DNA of 64,000 bases from Anaerolineales bacterium (GCA_021463845.1 JAJTXV010000002.1:40962-104961), one strand, 5' to 3'. Shown: positions 39,741-48,789, counted from the first letter of the stretch. Program-made: numbers and translations. Notes: a model not told the origin generated them from the sequence alone.

Positions 39741-39815
39741 ATTATTTCACGCTACATATCGTAGGGGCGTACGCTGCAAAAGCAGCGCAGCATGCTCGCC
39801 CCACCTCATTGCAAC

Positions 39816-39849
39816 AAAAAAGAGCCCGCCATCCTGGCGGGCTCTTTAT
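39816..39849 (-). terminator. Rho-independent terminator of the 497-aa hypothetical gene
   Basis: On the minus strand: AAAGAGCCCGCC-AGGAT-GGCGGGCTCTTTTTT. Confidence 0.75.
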
Positions 39850-39863
39850 TCACTCAACCGTGC

Positions 39864-41357
39864 CTACATCGGCACTTGCTCTTCCTTCAGGTGCAAGCGC
39901 CCATCCGGGCCGGGCTCGTAACTCATCCGGCCCTGCGGCACATGCGGGTCAATTTCCAGGTCACCGCTGTCCATCGCATCCCAGAACAGCTGGAAGGGCA
40001 CTTTGCCCTGTTCCCACTTCTCGATCATCACCAGGCCGTGGCCCGGCAGCACCGTGAAAGCGATTTTGCGCGGGTCACTGGGGTTCAGCAGGATCTCGGA
40101 GCGGCTGAAGGCGCCCTTGATGCCCTTGGCCTGCGCCTCAGTAGCGCACGACACCAGGTAGTGGTAATACGGCGGGTCCAGCGGAACATACTCCACCAGA
40201 TCCGGATTGAACGCCTTGACGCCGCGGTGGCCGTGCAGCTTGGAGCGTGACACTGGCACTTGGGTCTTCACTGCCCCGGCTTCGACTTCCACCCAGGGCA
40301 GCGGGCCGTCCAGGTCCATCATCTCCACAGCTTCGGAGGACGGCTTGTCATTGCGCTTGCCGTCCACATGGCGCACCTGAGCGCCAGCGCCATCCGGGCG
40401 CACGCCCACGATCAGCGCCAGGTCATCATCGGTGATGTTGCCCTTGTCCACCGGGCGGGCGCTGCCGGTGATGGTGGCCACCAGGCCCTGCACCCGCGGG
40501 TCCCAGGTGCCAAAGCAGCCTTCGCTGTACTGGCTGGCGATTGCATCATTCACCGCTGGCACGGTCACCAGGTCCTCGATGCGCACCATTTCAGTGAAGA
40601 AATTACGCTTGCCCAGCTCCTGGCCGGCGCGGCGCATGGCTTCCGGGGTGCTCATGGCCTGCCATTCCTCGGCAGCCACCTTGGGTTCCATTACCTGATG
40701 GTTGGTGATCTCGTGCGTGCTCTCGGTGGTCACCATACGCAGGGCAATATCAGTGTAGAAGCTGTCGGCGGTGGTATTGACCGAGGCCGGGAAGGCCCCC
40801 ACCAAGTCAAAGTGGTAGACGCGCTCAGGGTGCTCGTCGCCCACCGTCAGCAGCACGCGGATGCTCTTGGCCTGAGCCTGCAGCAAACGCAGCAACGACA
40901 TGATCGGGCCACCGCGCAGACCCTGTTCGATCAGAACACGCGGCGATTCAGGGGAAAGGCCCTCGAACTCGAAATCCTTCGGGTCGGGCGGCTGTTTGGC
41001 CAGCGCTGAGCGGAAGTGGTCCATCTTCTCTTTGAATTCCTGCTCGGTCATATGGATCATGGTGTAGACCACCGGTGATTCCTTCAGGCCGAACTGGCGG
41101 CGCGCCATGAACATGAATGCCTTGCGCCAGGCGATCGGGTCGCCATACTTAGCCGTGGTCAGGATCACGTCCGTGCTGTCGGCGGGGGTTTCCACCACTT
41201 TGTGGCCCAGCTGCTTGAACTTCTCCAGCAGCCCTTCAGCCAGTTCTTCAATGGCTGAGGATACCGGCGTGTCGCCGGGCACAAAGCTCACTTCAATTTG
41301 GCGCAACCACGAGTGCACCGGGTTGGCCACTTTTAGGGCTTCTTGGGGTATTTCCAT
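39864..41357 (-). CDS. Hypothetical cytoplasmic protein, 497 aa, no family recognised
   Basis: Long ORF with an AAGAGG RBS before ATG 41357. The composition is coding-like, with no TM segment or signal peptide. It has its own terminator. Confidence 0.6.
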   Translation of the reverse strand: MEIPQEALKVANPVHSWLRQIEVSFVPGDTPVSSAIEELAEGLLEKFKQLGHKVVETPADSTDVILTTAKYGDPIAWRKAFMFMARRQFGLKESPVVYTMIHMTEQEFKEKMDHFRSALAKQPPDPKDFEFEGLSPESPRVLIEQGLRGGPIMSLLRLLQAQAKSIRVLLTVGDEHPERVYHFDLVGAFPASVNTTADSFYTDIALRMVTTESTHEITNHQVMEPKVAAEEWQAMSTPEAMRRAGQELGKRNFFTEMVRIEDLVTVPAVNDAIASQYSEGCFGTWDPRVQGLVATITGSARPVDKGNITDDDLALIVGVRPDGAGAQVRHVDGKRNDKPSSEAVEMMDLDGPLPWVEVEAGAVKTQVPVSRSKLHGHRGVKAFNPDLVEYVPLDPPYYHYLVSCATEAQAKGIKGAFSRSEILLNPSDPRKIAFTVLPGHGLVMIEKWEQGKVPFQLFWDAMDSGDLEIDPHVPQGRMSYEPGPDGRLHLKEEQVPM

Positions 41358-41488
41358 CGCTTCAGACCTCTTTTGAGGGATTATTGCGCCAATGTGCCTG
41401 CCATATGGCCTCATAGCACCGGCGCGTGCGATAATACTACCGCACAGGCAAATTATCACACAGTATAAGGTTTAACACGGTAATTCTT

Positions 41489-42139
41489 ATGAAGATACTC
41501 GTAACCAATGACGATGGCATCAGCCACCCCGGGCTTCTGGCGCTGGTTAATGCCGTAAAGCCGCTGGGAGATGTGACCGTGCTGGCTCCAGACCGCAACT
41601 GGAGCGCCTCCGGCCACGTCAAGACCCTGCACCGCCCGCTGCGGGTCAAGGCTACCCAGCTGCCCGATGGCACACCCGCCCACATGAGCGATGGCGCACC
41701 CTCCGACTGCATTGCCCTGGCTCTGCTGGGCTACTTTGACCACTCGTTTGACCTCGTGGTATCAGGCATCAACCCCTACGCCAACATTGGCGATGATGTC
41801 ACCTACTCCGGCACGGTGACCGCGGCCATGGAAGCCGCCATCGGCGGCCTGCCGCGCCACACCCTGCTCAATGTCAACATTCCTTACCTACCGCTCGAGC
41901 AGATCAAGGGTGTGCAGGTCACCCGTCTGGGTCTGCGCGTCTACCGGGATGAGCTGGTGCGCCGCACGGACCCGCAACACAATCCGTATTATTGGATCGG
42001 CGGCGAGGCGCCCACCGGCCAGCCCGACGAAGGCACCGAGGTGGGCGCGCTGCAAGCCGGCTACGTCTCGGTGACCCCGCTGCAAATGGACATGACCGCT
42101 CATCACCTGATCCCCGAGCTGGCCACCTGGCAGTGGTAG
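41489..42139 (+). CDS. surE: 5'/3'-nucleotidase SurE (short variant)
   Basis: MKILVTNDDGI...APDRNWSASGH...SGINPYANIGDDVTYSGTVTAAMEA...LNVNIP...YWIGG. At 216 aa it appears to lack an internal segment. Confidence 0.8.
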   Translation: MKILVTNDDGISHPGLLALVNAVKPLGDVTVLAPDRNWSASGHVKTLHRPLRVKATQLPDGTPAHMSDGAPSDCIALALLGYFDHSFDLVVSGINPYANIGDDVTYSGTVTAAMEAAIGGLPRHTLLNVNIPYLPLEQIKGVQVTRLGLRVYRDELVRRTDPQHNPYYWIGGEAPTGQPDEGTEVGALQAGYVSVTPLQMDMTAHHLIPELATWQW

Positions 42140-42378
42140 CACTGGCTTGACATTCATACCTGATTGCTTTCCTAAAGCTGGCAGATGGTATGTCTATCCG
42201 CACAGGAACGCGCCACGCCTGTCAAGGACATTGATGAGAATGATCAAGTCGCTCCCCGCGCAGCAGGTGATTCTCATCTTTCATATTGATAAATGATTAA
42301 CAATGCCGCAAAACCTTTGGGTGTTAAAATCGTAGTTAAGTGCACAGACTGTGCATCTAAGGAGAGAACGATAAAACA

Positions 42379-42954
42379 ATGGACGTATTGAGCGGTATCT
42401 TTTCTGCTTTTGGCCTTTCAGCCAGCGCGGGATTGAACGCCTACATCCCGCTGTTGGTGGTCTCCCTGTTGGGGCGTTACACCTCGCTCATCGAGCTGAA
42501 CTCCCCCTGGGACACCCTGACCAATGGCTGGATCATCGGGTTGCTGGTGGTCCTTTCTGCGATCGAATTCTTCGCAGACAAGGCCCCCATCGTCAACCAC
42601 CTGAACGACGCCATCCAGACCTTTGTGCGGCCGGCGGCCGGCGCCATCGCCTTCGCCGCCAGCACTCAGGTCATTGACGGCATCAACCCCGTGGTGGCCC
42701 TGGCGGCTGGCTTGTTGATCGCCGGCACGGTGCACGTGGCCAAGGCGGGCGTCATGCGCCCGGCGGTCACAGGGGTTAGCGGCGGCACGGCCAACGTGGC
42801 TGTGGGGCTGGTGGAGGATGTGGCGGCCATATCAGTCTCCCTGATCGCCGTGCTCATTCCGTTTATCATTGGTATAGTCTTCATTCCATTGCTGGCTTTG
42901 GTGATCTGGATGCTTTGGCGCCGCGCCAACCGCAATGTACAACCCGCAAACTAG
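42379..42954 (+). CDS. DUF4126-family membrane protein
   Basis: GLSASAGLNAYIPLLVVSLL...EFFADKAPIVNHLNDAIQTFVRPAAGA is typical of DUF4126. It has an AAGGAGAG RBS. Confidence 0.75.
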   Translation: MDVLSGIFSAFGLSASAGLNAYIPLLVVSLLGRYTSLIELNSPWDTLTNGWIIGLLVVLSAIEFFADKAPIVNHLNDAIQTFVRPAAGAIAFAASTQVIDGINPVVALAAGLLIAGTVHVAKAGVMRPAVTGVSGGTANVAVGLVEDVAAISVSLIAVLIPFIIGIVFIPLLALVIWMLWRRANRNVQPAN

Positions 42955-42970
42955 ATAGAGGTAAGACATC

Positions 42971-43381
42971 ATGGCACTTCGAGGTTCTTCCGGCGGCCGT
43001 AACAAATCCGGCCGCTCCAGCTCCAGCGGACGTAGTGGCGGCGCCAGCCGCAGCGGCCGCGGCACCGGTTCCTCCGGCGGCGGTTCGCGCAGCACTGGGC
43101 TGCCCAGCCGCGGCTCCGGCGGTGCTCGCCGCAGCTCTGGCAGCAGCGCTCCCACCCAGACCGGCTTGTCCGGTGCACGCGGCGGCGTAGCCCGCCGCGG
43201 CGTCTCCGGCGGCACGGCGGGCGTGCAGCAAACGCCCCGCTACGACAGCGGCAACACTGGCCGCGGCTTCCCGTGGGTCCTGATCATCCTGGGCATTCTG
43301 TTCCTGTGCTGCATCGTCACCGCTCTGGCCGCCTGGTTCATGGGCGACAGCGTGGTGGAGATCCTGCGCCAGCTACAGTAA
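42971..43381 (+). CDS. Hypothetical tail-anchored protein with an Arg/Gly/Ser-rich low-complexity N-terminal region
   Basis: GAGG RBS 9 nt upstream of the ATG. About 105 aa is RG/SG-rich, followed by the TM helix WVLIILGILFLCCIVTALAAWF. It lies 16 nt after DUF4126 and is followed by a terminator. Confidence 0.5.
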   Translation: MALRGSSGGRNKSGRSSSSGRSGGASRSGRGTGSSGGGSRSTGLPSRGSGGARRSSGSSAPTQTGLSGARGGVARRGVSGGTAGVQQTPRYDSGNTGRGFPWVLIILGILFLCCIVTALAAWFMGDSVVEILRQLQ

Positions 43382-43399
43382 CTCGGCAACCTCAACAAC

Positions 43400-43431
43400 A
43401 AAAAAGCGCCAGCTTGTGCTGGCGCTTTTTT
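43400..43431. terminator. Bidirectional rho-independent terminator
   Basis: AAAAAAGCGCCAGC-TTGT-GCTGGCGCTTTTTT, between convergent genes. Confidence 0.8.
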
Positions 43432-43885
43432 ATTTGGCAAACCGCTGCCGGAAGTGCGCTTGCAGCGCCGCCAGCCCTTGCAGGGCCTGGCGGCGCTCCT
43501 CCGCCGTGCACTCCAGCGCCTCGAACTCATCTTCGTCCAGCACGACCTGGCGCCCGTCGGGGTAGACCACCAGGTCCAACGCAAAATCGCGAAAGGTGAT
43601 CTGGCCCGGCTCGATCATGGCCGGGGCGGAGATGTTGCAATACCAGCCCTTGAGACGGCCATCCTGCTTGTCGTGGATCTCAAAGATGTTGTACCAGCGG
43701 TCATCAAAATAACTTTCGAGAAAGTGATCGCCTTTGCTAAGCGGAATGTCCACCATCTGGCCGCTCTCCGCATTGAACAGCGCTTCAATCACAGCCTCGT
43801 GATCGGCATGGCTGAGAAGCCGGCCGCTCCACTGATACATCAGCTCGCCAGCCGGGTTTTGTTTTAATACGGTGACTTCAGTCAT
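43430..43885 (-). CDS. DUF402-domain protein (FomD/Ntdp-like putative nucleoside di/triphosphatase fold)
   Basis: DDRWYNIFEIHD...GWYCNISAP...FRDFALDLVVYPDG...VLDEDEF is a DUF402 signature. ATG 43885 was chosen. Confidence 0.7.
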   Translation of the reverse strand: MTEVTVLKQNPAGELMYQWSGRLLSHADHEAVIEALFNAESGQMVDIPLSKGDHFLESYFDDRWYNIFEIHDKQDGRLKGWYCNISAPAMIEPGQITFRDFALDLVVYPDGRQVVLDEDEFEALECTAEERRQALQGLAALQAHFRQRFAK

Positions 43886-44903
43886 TGCGAAAGATGCGCA
43901 CAGCCTCGGCGGGGTCAAAACTGATATCGAGAGACTCGCCGACAGCAGGCAGTCGTACACTGGAAGGCAATTCTAGTGCAAGCACTGCATCTTGCACCGC
44001 CACTTCCGCCAGCCAGAGGCTGCCGCGGAACTGCTTGCGCTGCAGCGTACCGCTCAGTGTAAATGGCCCCTGTGTACCGAGTTGAACGCTATCGGGCCGC
44101 AGCAGCAAGGTGGCCAGGCCAGGCTTCTGGTTGGCAATAGGCACTTCGCCAAAAGTTGTGTGGGCCTGCCCAGCTTCGATGCGCGCCGAAAAGAGATTTT
44201 GCATACCGAGGAAACGGGCCACAAACTCAGAGGCAGGCTGGCGGTACAGCTCCTGCGGCGGGCCGATCTGTGCCAGCTGGCCCGCATTCAGGATGGCGAC
44301 GCGATCGGCGATGGCGTAGGCCTCTTCCTGATCATGCGTAACGTAGATACTGGTGAGGCGCTCAGCGCGCAAGATCTCAGCCAGCTGGGCCAGCAGGCGG
44401 GTGCGCAGAGCGCGGTCCAGCGAGCCCAGCGGCTCATCCAGCATCAGCAGGTGCGGCGCGGGCGCAAGCGCCCGCGCCAGCGCCACGCGCTGCTGCTCGC
44501 CGCCAGAGAGGCTGGTGACATCCCTGCGCTCAAAAGCATCCAGCCCAACGAGGTGCAGCACTTCGCTGACCCGCGCCGCGACCTGGCTGGAGCTTTGGCC
44601 TGCCATCTGCAGGCCAAAGGCTACGTTGCCAAACACATCGCGATGCGGGAAGAGTGCATAGTCCTGAAACATGAGCCCAAACCCGCGGCGGTGCGGCGGC
44701 GTATGGGTTACATCAACCCCGGCCCACAGCACCTGCCCGTTGTCCGGCGTCTCGAGCCCAGCCACAATGGACAACAGCGTGGATTTGCCGCTGCCGCTGG
44801 GTCCGAGCAAGGCCAGCACCTCGCCTGGCTCCACGCGCAGATCAATACCCGCAAGGATGGGCTTGCCGTCATATTGTTTGGTGATATTGCGCAGCTCGAG
44901 CAC
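43878..44903 (-). CDS. ABC transporter ATP-binding protein (ThiQ/FbpC/PotA type with a C-terminal regulatory domain)
   Basis: Walker A GPSGSGKST, signature LSGGEQQRVALARAL, Walker B LLMLDEP. Confidence 0.85.
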   Translation of the reverse strand: MLELRNITKQYDGKPILAGIDLRVEPGEVLALLGPSGSGKSTLLSIVAGLETPDNGQVLWAGVDVTHTPPHRRGFGLMFQDYALFPHRDVFGNVAFGLQMAGQSSSQVAARVSEVLHLVGLDAFERRDVTSLSGGEQQRVALARALAPAPHLLMLDEPLGSLDRALRTRLLAQLAEILRAERLTSIYVTHDQEEAYAIADRVAILNAGQLAQIGPPQELYRQPASEFVARFLGMQNLFSARIEAGQAHTTFGEVPIANQKPGLATLLLRPDSVQLGTQGPFTLSGTLQRKQFRGSLWLAEVAVQDAVLALELPSSVRLPAVGESLDISFDPAEAVRIFRND

Positions 44904-46573
44904 TAAAACTCTCCCACGTCTGCAATGCGCAAACGCTCGATCAGCAGCATACCGCCGCCAGTAAAGACCATCAACAGAGTGCTGAGGGCCATGGCCTGGC
45001 CATAGGTCAGTGCGCCGGGTTGCGCCAGCAAGCGGTAGATCAGGACTGGCATGGTGGGATATTCCGGCCGGGCGATCAGTGCGGTTGCGCCGAATTCACC
45101 CACCGAGATGGCGAAGGCGAACAAGGCGGCCGCCAAAATGGCGCGCCCGACCAGCGGAATATCGATAGCACGCAAGACTTGCGCCGGGGCGGCGCCTAGC
45201 ACGGCGGCGGCCTGGCGCAGGCGTGGGCGGATGCTGCGCAGGGCAGGCACCAGGCTGCGTACCACAAACGGCAGCGCCACCAACGTATGCGCCAGCGGCA
45301 CCAGCATGGGTGAGGCGCGCAGATCGAGCGGCGGGGTATCCAGGGCGACAATGAAGCCAAGACCCAGTGTGAGCGCGGAGGTGCCCAGGGGCAGCATCAA
45401 CACAGGGTCAAGCAGCCGGGCCAGGCGTGAGGGCTGCTGTTGTGACAGCAGCCAGGAAGCAGGCAAGCCGATCAGCAGAGCCAGGCCAACCGTCGCACCG
45501 GCATACAAGAGGGAAGTCTGGATGGCGCGCAATGGTGGGGCGAAGAAGATGTTGTTGCGCGGGTCATCGCCTAGGGCGCGGTAATAGTCCAGCGTGAAGC
45601 CAGGCGCGGCAGCTTCCTGGCGGCGGTCGGTTTCGAGCCGCGTGACCGAACGTGCTGCCAGCCCACCCAAGGGTGCCACGAAGAACAGCGCCAGCGCCGC
45701 CAGGAACGCGGCACTCAGCCAGCGGGCTGGCTGCGCCCGCAGCAGGCGCAAGCGCGGGGCGCGCTGCTCCACCGGGCGCGAGAGGCGGGCGGAAAGACGC
45801 GTATACACAATGGTCAGCACCAGCGTGCACAGCAGCTGCAGCAAGGCCAACAGCGCGGCCGTGGGCAAATTGAAAAGCGCGACCGTTTGGTAATAGATCT
45901 CGGTTTCCAGGGTGGCGAAACGCGGGCCGCCCAGCACCAGAATGACGCCAAACGATGTGAAGTTGAAGATGAACACCAGCAGGGCCGCAGCCGCCAGGGC
46001 CGGCGCCAACATGGGAAGCGTCACGCGGGTGAACACGCGCCAGCCGTTGGCGCCGAGGCTGCTGGCGGCCTGCTCAATGCGCGGGCTAAGGCGTGACCAA
46101 AAGTCACCCACCATGCGCAACACGATCGTGGTGTTGTAGAAAATATGTGCCACCAGGATGGCTGTGAAAGTATTGATGAACTCCAACGGCTGCTGGCCGG
46201 CTGCCAGCAGCGCCTGATTGAACCAGCCGCGCGGCCCGAGCACGGCGTTGAAAGCCGCCGCCACGACGAGGGTGGGCAGCACGAAGGGCACACCACTGAC
46301 CACGCGCAGCAAGCGCTTGCCGGGGAATTCATAGCGGGCCAGCAAGTAAGCAGCCGGCAGCCCCAGGGCCAAGGTGAGCGCAGTGGATAGGAAGGCTTGC
46401 CAGAATGTGAAGCCAACGACGCGATGGATAGCGCTGTCATTCAACAGCTGCAGCAAGGCAGGCTGCCAGCCCTCCCGAAAGCTGAGCGCAAAAATGCTGG
46501 CAAGCGGATAAATATAAAAAACCGCCAAAAACGCCAGCGGAGGCAGCCAAAGCCAGTGGGCGAGTTTGCGCAC
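44903..46573 (-). CDS. ABC transporter permease, duplicated two-domain type (ThiP/FbpB-like)
   Basis: 556 aa with two BPD-type permease halves. It lies in an operon with the SBP and the ATPase. Confidence 0.8.
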   Translation of the reverse strand: MRKLAHWLWLPPLAFLAVFYIYPLASIFALSFREGWQPALLQLLNDSAIHRVVGFTFWQAFLSTALTLALGLPAAYLLARYEFPGKRLLRVVSGVPFVLPTLVVAAAFNAVLGPRGWFNQALLAAGQQPLEFINTFTAILVAHIFYNTTIVLRMVGDFWSRLSPRIEQAASSLGANGWRVFTRVTLPMLAPALAAAALLVFIFNFTSFGVILVLGGPRFATLETEIYYQTVALFNLPTAALLALLQLLCTLVLTIVYTRLSARLSRPVEQRAPRLRLLRAQPARWLSAAFLAALALFFVAPLGGLAARSVTRLETDRRQEAAAPGFTLDYYRALGDDPRNNIFFAPPLRAIQTSLLYAGATVGLALLIGLPASWLLSQQQPSRLARLLDPVLMLPLGTSALTLGLGFIVALDTPPLDLRASPMLVPLAHTLVALPFVVRSLVPALRSIRPRLRQAAAVLGAAPAQVLRAIDIPLVGRAILAAALFAFAISVGEFGATALIARPEYPTMPVLIYRLLAQPGALTYGQAMALSTLLMVFTGGGMLLIERLRIADVGEF

Positions 46574-46575
46574 AG

Positions 46576-47052
46576 CTACTCAGCCTGCCAGCGCGTGGCG
46601 GTTTGGGGGAAATTGGCCTCTTTCCAAGCAAAGACCTGCTGCACTTTGAAGCGATAGATGTTGCCCAGGCCAAGAAATGGGAAGCCGTATTTGGCCTTGT
46701 ACAGCTTATCCAAGGTAGCCAGCAGTTCTTTCTCCGCGTCTGGCGAGACGATCTCCATCTCACCTTCCAGGATGATGGCATCATCGCCGCTTTCCAGGTG
46801 CACAACCGCGGCCGCGTTGGCAGCCAGATTGCGCGCTTTGCGCGAGTCCCACCCTGAGCTGAAAAAGAAGCTATCCTGATGCCACAGGCCCCAGACCGGG
46901 GCGGCATGCGGGCGGCCGTCCTGGCGCACGGTGCTGACCCAGTAGTTGCGCGCGGCCAACATCTGCTCAGAGACAAAAGACCACGGCAGCAGCCCGCCTT
47001 TGGCGGCGGGCTGAATGCCATAGCCGGGCATGTGGGGGCGGCTGGCTTTCAT
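46576..47052 (-). CDS. Pyridoxamine 5'-phosphate oxidase-family (split-barrel flavin-binding) protein
   Basis: NYWVSTVRQDGRPHAAPVWGLW...SRKARNLAANAAAVVHLE is PPOX-like. AAGGAG RBS before ATG 47052. Confidence 0.7.
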   Translation of the reverse strand: MKASRPHMPGYGIQPAAKGGLLPWSFVSEQMLAARNYWVSTVRQDGRPHAAPVWGLWHQDSFFFSSGWDSRKARNLAANAAAVVHLESGDDAIILEGEMEIVSPDAEKELLATLDKLYKAKYGFPFLGLGNIYRFKVQQVFAWKEANFPQTATRWQAE

Positions 47053-47060
47053 AGCTCTCC

Positions 47061-48101
47061 TTATTGGCGCAGCACCGCCTGCGTCCAGGCATTGATCCAT
47101 TCTTCGCGTTTGGCGGCAATGTTTGCTGGGCTGACCACCGAAGTTTCATCCGGCACTTCCAGATAGTCTACAAATTCCGGCTGCAATTGGGCGTTTTCAT
47201 TGACAGGAAAAACGAACATTTGCATCGGCATGTCTTCCTGGAAGGTGGTCGAAAGCATAAAGTCCACCCAGGCTTCGGCAAGCTCTCGGTTTTGGGTGCC
47301 GCGCAGAATGCCCACAAATTCGATCTGGCGGAAGCAGGCGCCATCCGCCACCACAGCCGCGGTGGGCGGCTCGCTCATCGGCTCTTCTGCGAAGACCAGC
47401 TCAACCGGAGGGCTGGAGGCATACGAAACGATGACCGGGCGCGTGCCGCCCCACTGGCTGAACTCCGAGTAGTAGGCCGTCTCCCAATCGTTGACAACTT
47501 TGACACCGTTATCCACCAGGCCCTGCCAGTAATCCAAATAGCCTTCTTCACCAAAGTGGCCGATCGTGGCCAGCAGGAAGGCCAGGCCGGGCGAAGAAGT
47601 AGCCGGGTTTTGCACAGCCAGCAAGTCTTTGTATTCGGGCTTGAGCAAGTCCTCCAGGTTGGCAGGCGGGGCGATGCCCGCCTCTTCAAAGTAGGCCTTC
47701 TCGTAATTCAGGCACACATCGCCAAAATCGACCGGCAGGGCGCGCTGTTCCGCATCGAGCTCAAAGTGATCGGGGATCTGTGCCAGCAAGGGTGATTCGT
47801 AGGGTTCGAAAATATTGCCGTCCAAGGCGCGGCTTAGGAAGGTGTTATCGACGCCATAGAACACATCCGCCAGCGGTTGATCGCCGGCCAGAATGGCCGC
47901 ATTGGTCGCCGAGCCTGTATCGCCCATCTTAAGGAATGTCACGGTGACGTTGTGCTCGGCCTGAAAAGCGGCCACCACTTCTTCTGAAACAGCGAACGAG
48001 TCATGGGTCATGACAGTGAGAGTGCGCGGGCCTTGTGGAGCGGTTGAACCGCACGCGGCCAACAGCAGGCCCAATGCTACGAGTGCTACTTTCTTGATCA
48101 T
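47061..48101 (-). CDS. thiB: Thiamine (TbpA/ThiB-like) ABC transporter substrate-binding lipoprotein
   Basis: Lipobox LLLAACG with similarity to thiamine/Fe3+-type SBPs. It lies in a TPP-riboswitch operon. ATG 48101 has an AAGGAG RBS. Confidence 0.7.
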   Translation of the reverse strand: MIKKVALVALGLLLAACGSTAPQGPRTLTVMTHDSFAVSEEVVAAFQAEHNVTVTFLKMGDTGSATNAAILAGDQPLADVFYGVDNTFLSRALDGNIFEPYESPLLAQIPDHFELDAEQRALPVDFGDVCLNYEKAYFEEAGIAPPANLEDLLKPEYKDLLAVQNPATSSPGLAFLLATIGHFGEEGYLDYWQGLVDNGVKVVNDWETAYYSEFSQWGGTRPVIVSYASSPPVELVFAEEPMSEPPTAAVVADGACFRQIEFVGILRGTQNRELAEAWVDFMLSTTFQEDMPMQMFVFPVNENAQLQPEFVDYLEVPDETSVVSPANIAAKREEWINAWTQAVLRQ

Positions 48102-48111
48102 AGTTTGCTCC

Positions 48112-48747
48112 TTAGTCATAGTCGGCGGGAGTCAGCACACAAAGCAGCAGCCCGCCTTCAAGTGTGATCTTCGCATCAGCGTCAGCGATGACATTGCTGA
48201 CGCCGCGGCTGCTGCCGAATGGAATGCGCTCGGCATGCAGCGGATATTCCAGGCCGTATGTGGTGACGCCCAGTGCATCACCCGCCAGCGGGATCAGCGA
48301 AACGCGGCTGCCGAGCAGGGCATCCAATTGGGCCGCCTGGCGGATCGGAAAGAGGCGTTGTGGGCCGTGCAGGAAAGTGATGGGCAAGCTGGTGAAGCGC
48401 GCGTCAGCCGCTAGCAACAGGTTGGCCAGACTGTGATCCCAGCGGCGCCCCAGCCCGCCGACCACGGTGACAGCCGCCGCGCCCGCCTGCTGCGCATGCA
48501 GCAGAGCGAGTTCAAAGTCGGTTTCGTTTTTGCGAGCGGGGTGCGCCAGCAGCTGCACGCCATTAGTTTTGAGGTCGGCCTGGAGCTCAGGCTCCAGCGA
48601 ATCAAAGTCGCCTACGAGCACATGGGGGTAGACGCCCAGCGTGCGGCAGTGGCGCGAGCCGCCGTTGGCCGCGATCAGCAACTGGGCGGCAGGCAGGCCG
48701 CTGGCCGGCAGTTCCAACTCTCCATTGGCAAAGATGAGTGCGTGCAA
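48112..48747 (-). CDS. thiN: Thiamine diphosphokinase (thiamine pyrophosphokinase)
   Basis: GDFDSL...KNETDFELAL...GGLGRRWDH motifs. TTG start with an AGGAGG RBS. Confidence 0.8.
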   Translation of the reverse strand: MHALIFANGELELPASGLPAAQLLIAANGGSRHCRTLGVYPHVLVGDFDSLEPELQADLKTNGVQLLAHPARKNETDFELALLHAQQAGAAAVTVVGGLGRRWDHSLANLLLAADARFTSLPITFLHGPQRLFPIRQAAQLDALLGSRVSLIPLAGDALGVTTYGLEYPLHAERIPFGSSRGVSNVIADADAKITLEGGLLLCVLTPADYD

Positions 48748-48789
48748 AACAAAAACCTCCTGCGTGCTGCCGGAGGTTGGGTGGTGCTT

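Noticed and set aside
39425-39742. 105-aa minus-strand ORF (and 39091-39498, 39792-40250) in the acnA-downstream region
   Set aside because: They read through REP/MITE-like repeats and terminator hairpins. The peptide motifs (FSGCAASHPRND) are the translated repeat itself.
42832-43231. Minus-strand ORFs overlapping the RG/SG-rich gene (42832-43215, 42881-43231, 42969-43178)
   Set aside because: I considered these as alternatives to the plus-strand call. They lack an RBS and a terminator and are Pro/Ala/Arg runs. The plus-strand ORF has an RBS, a C-terminal TM helix and a downstream terminator. The plus-strand call remains only moderately confident.
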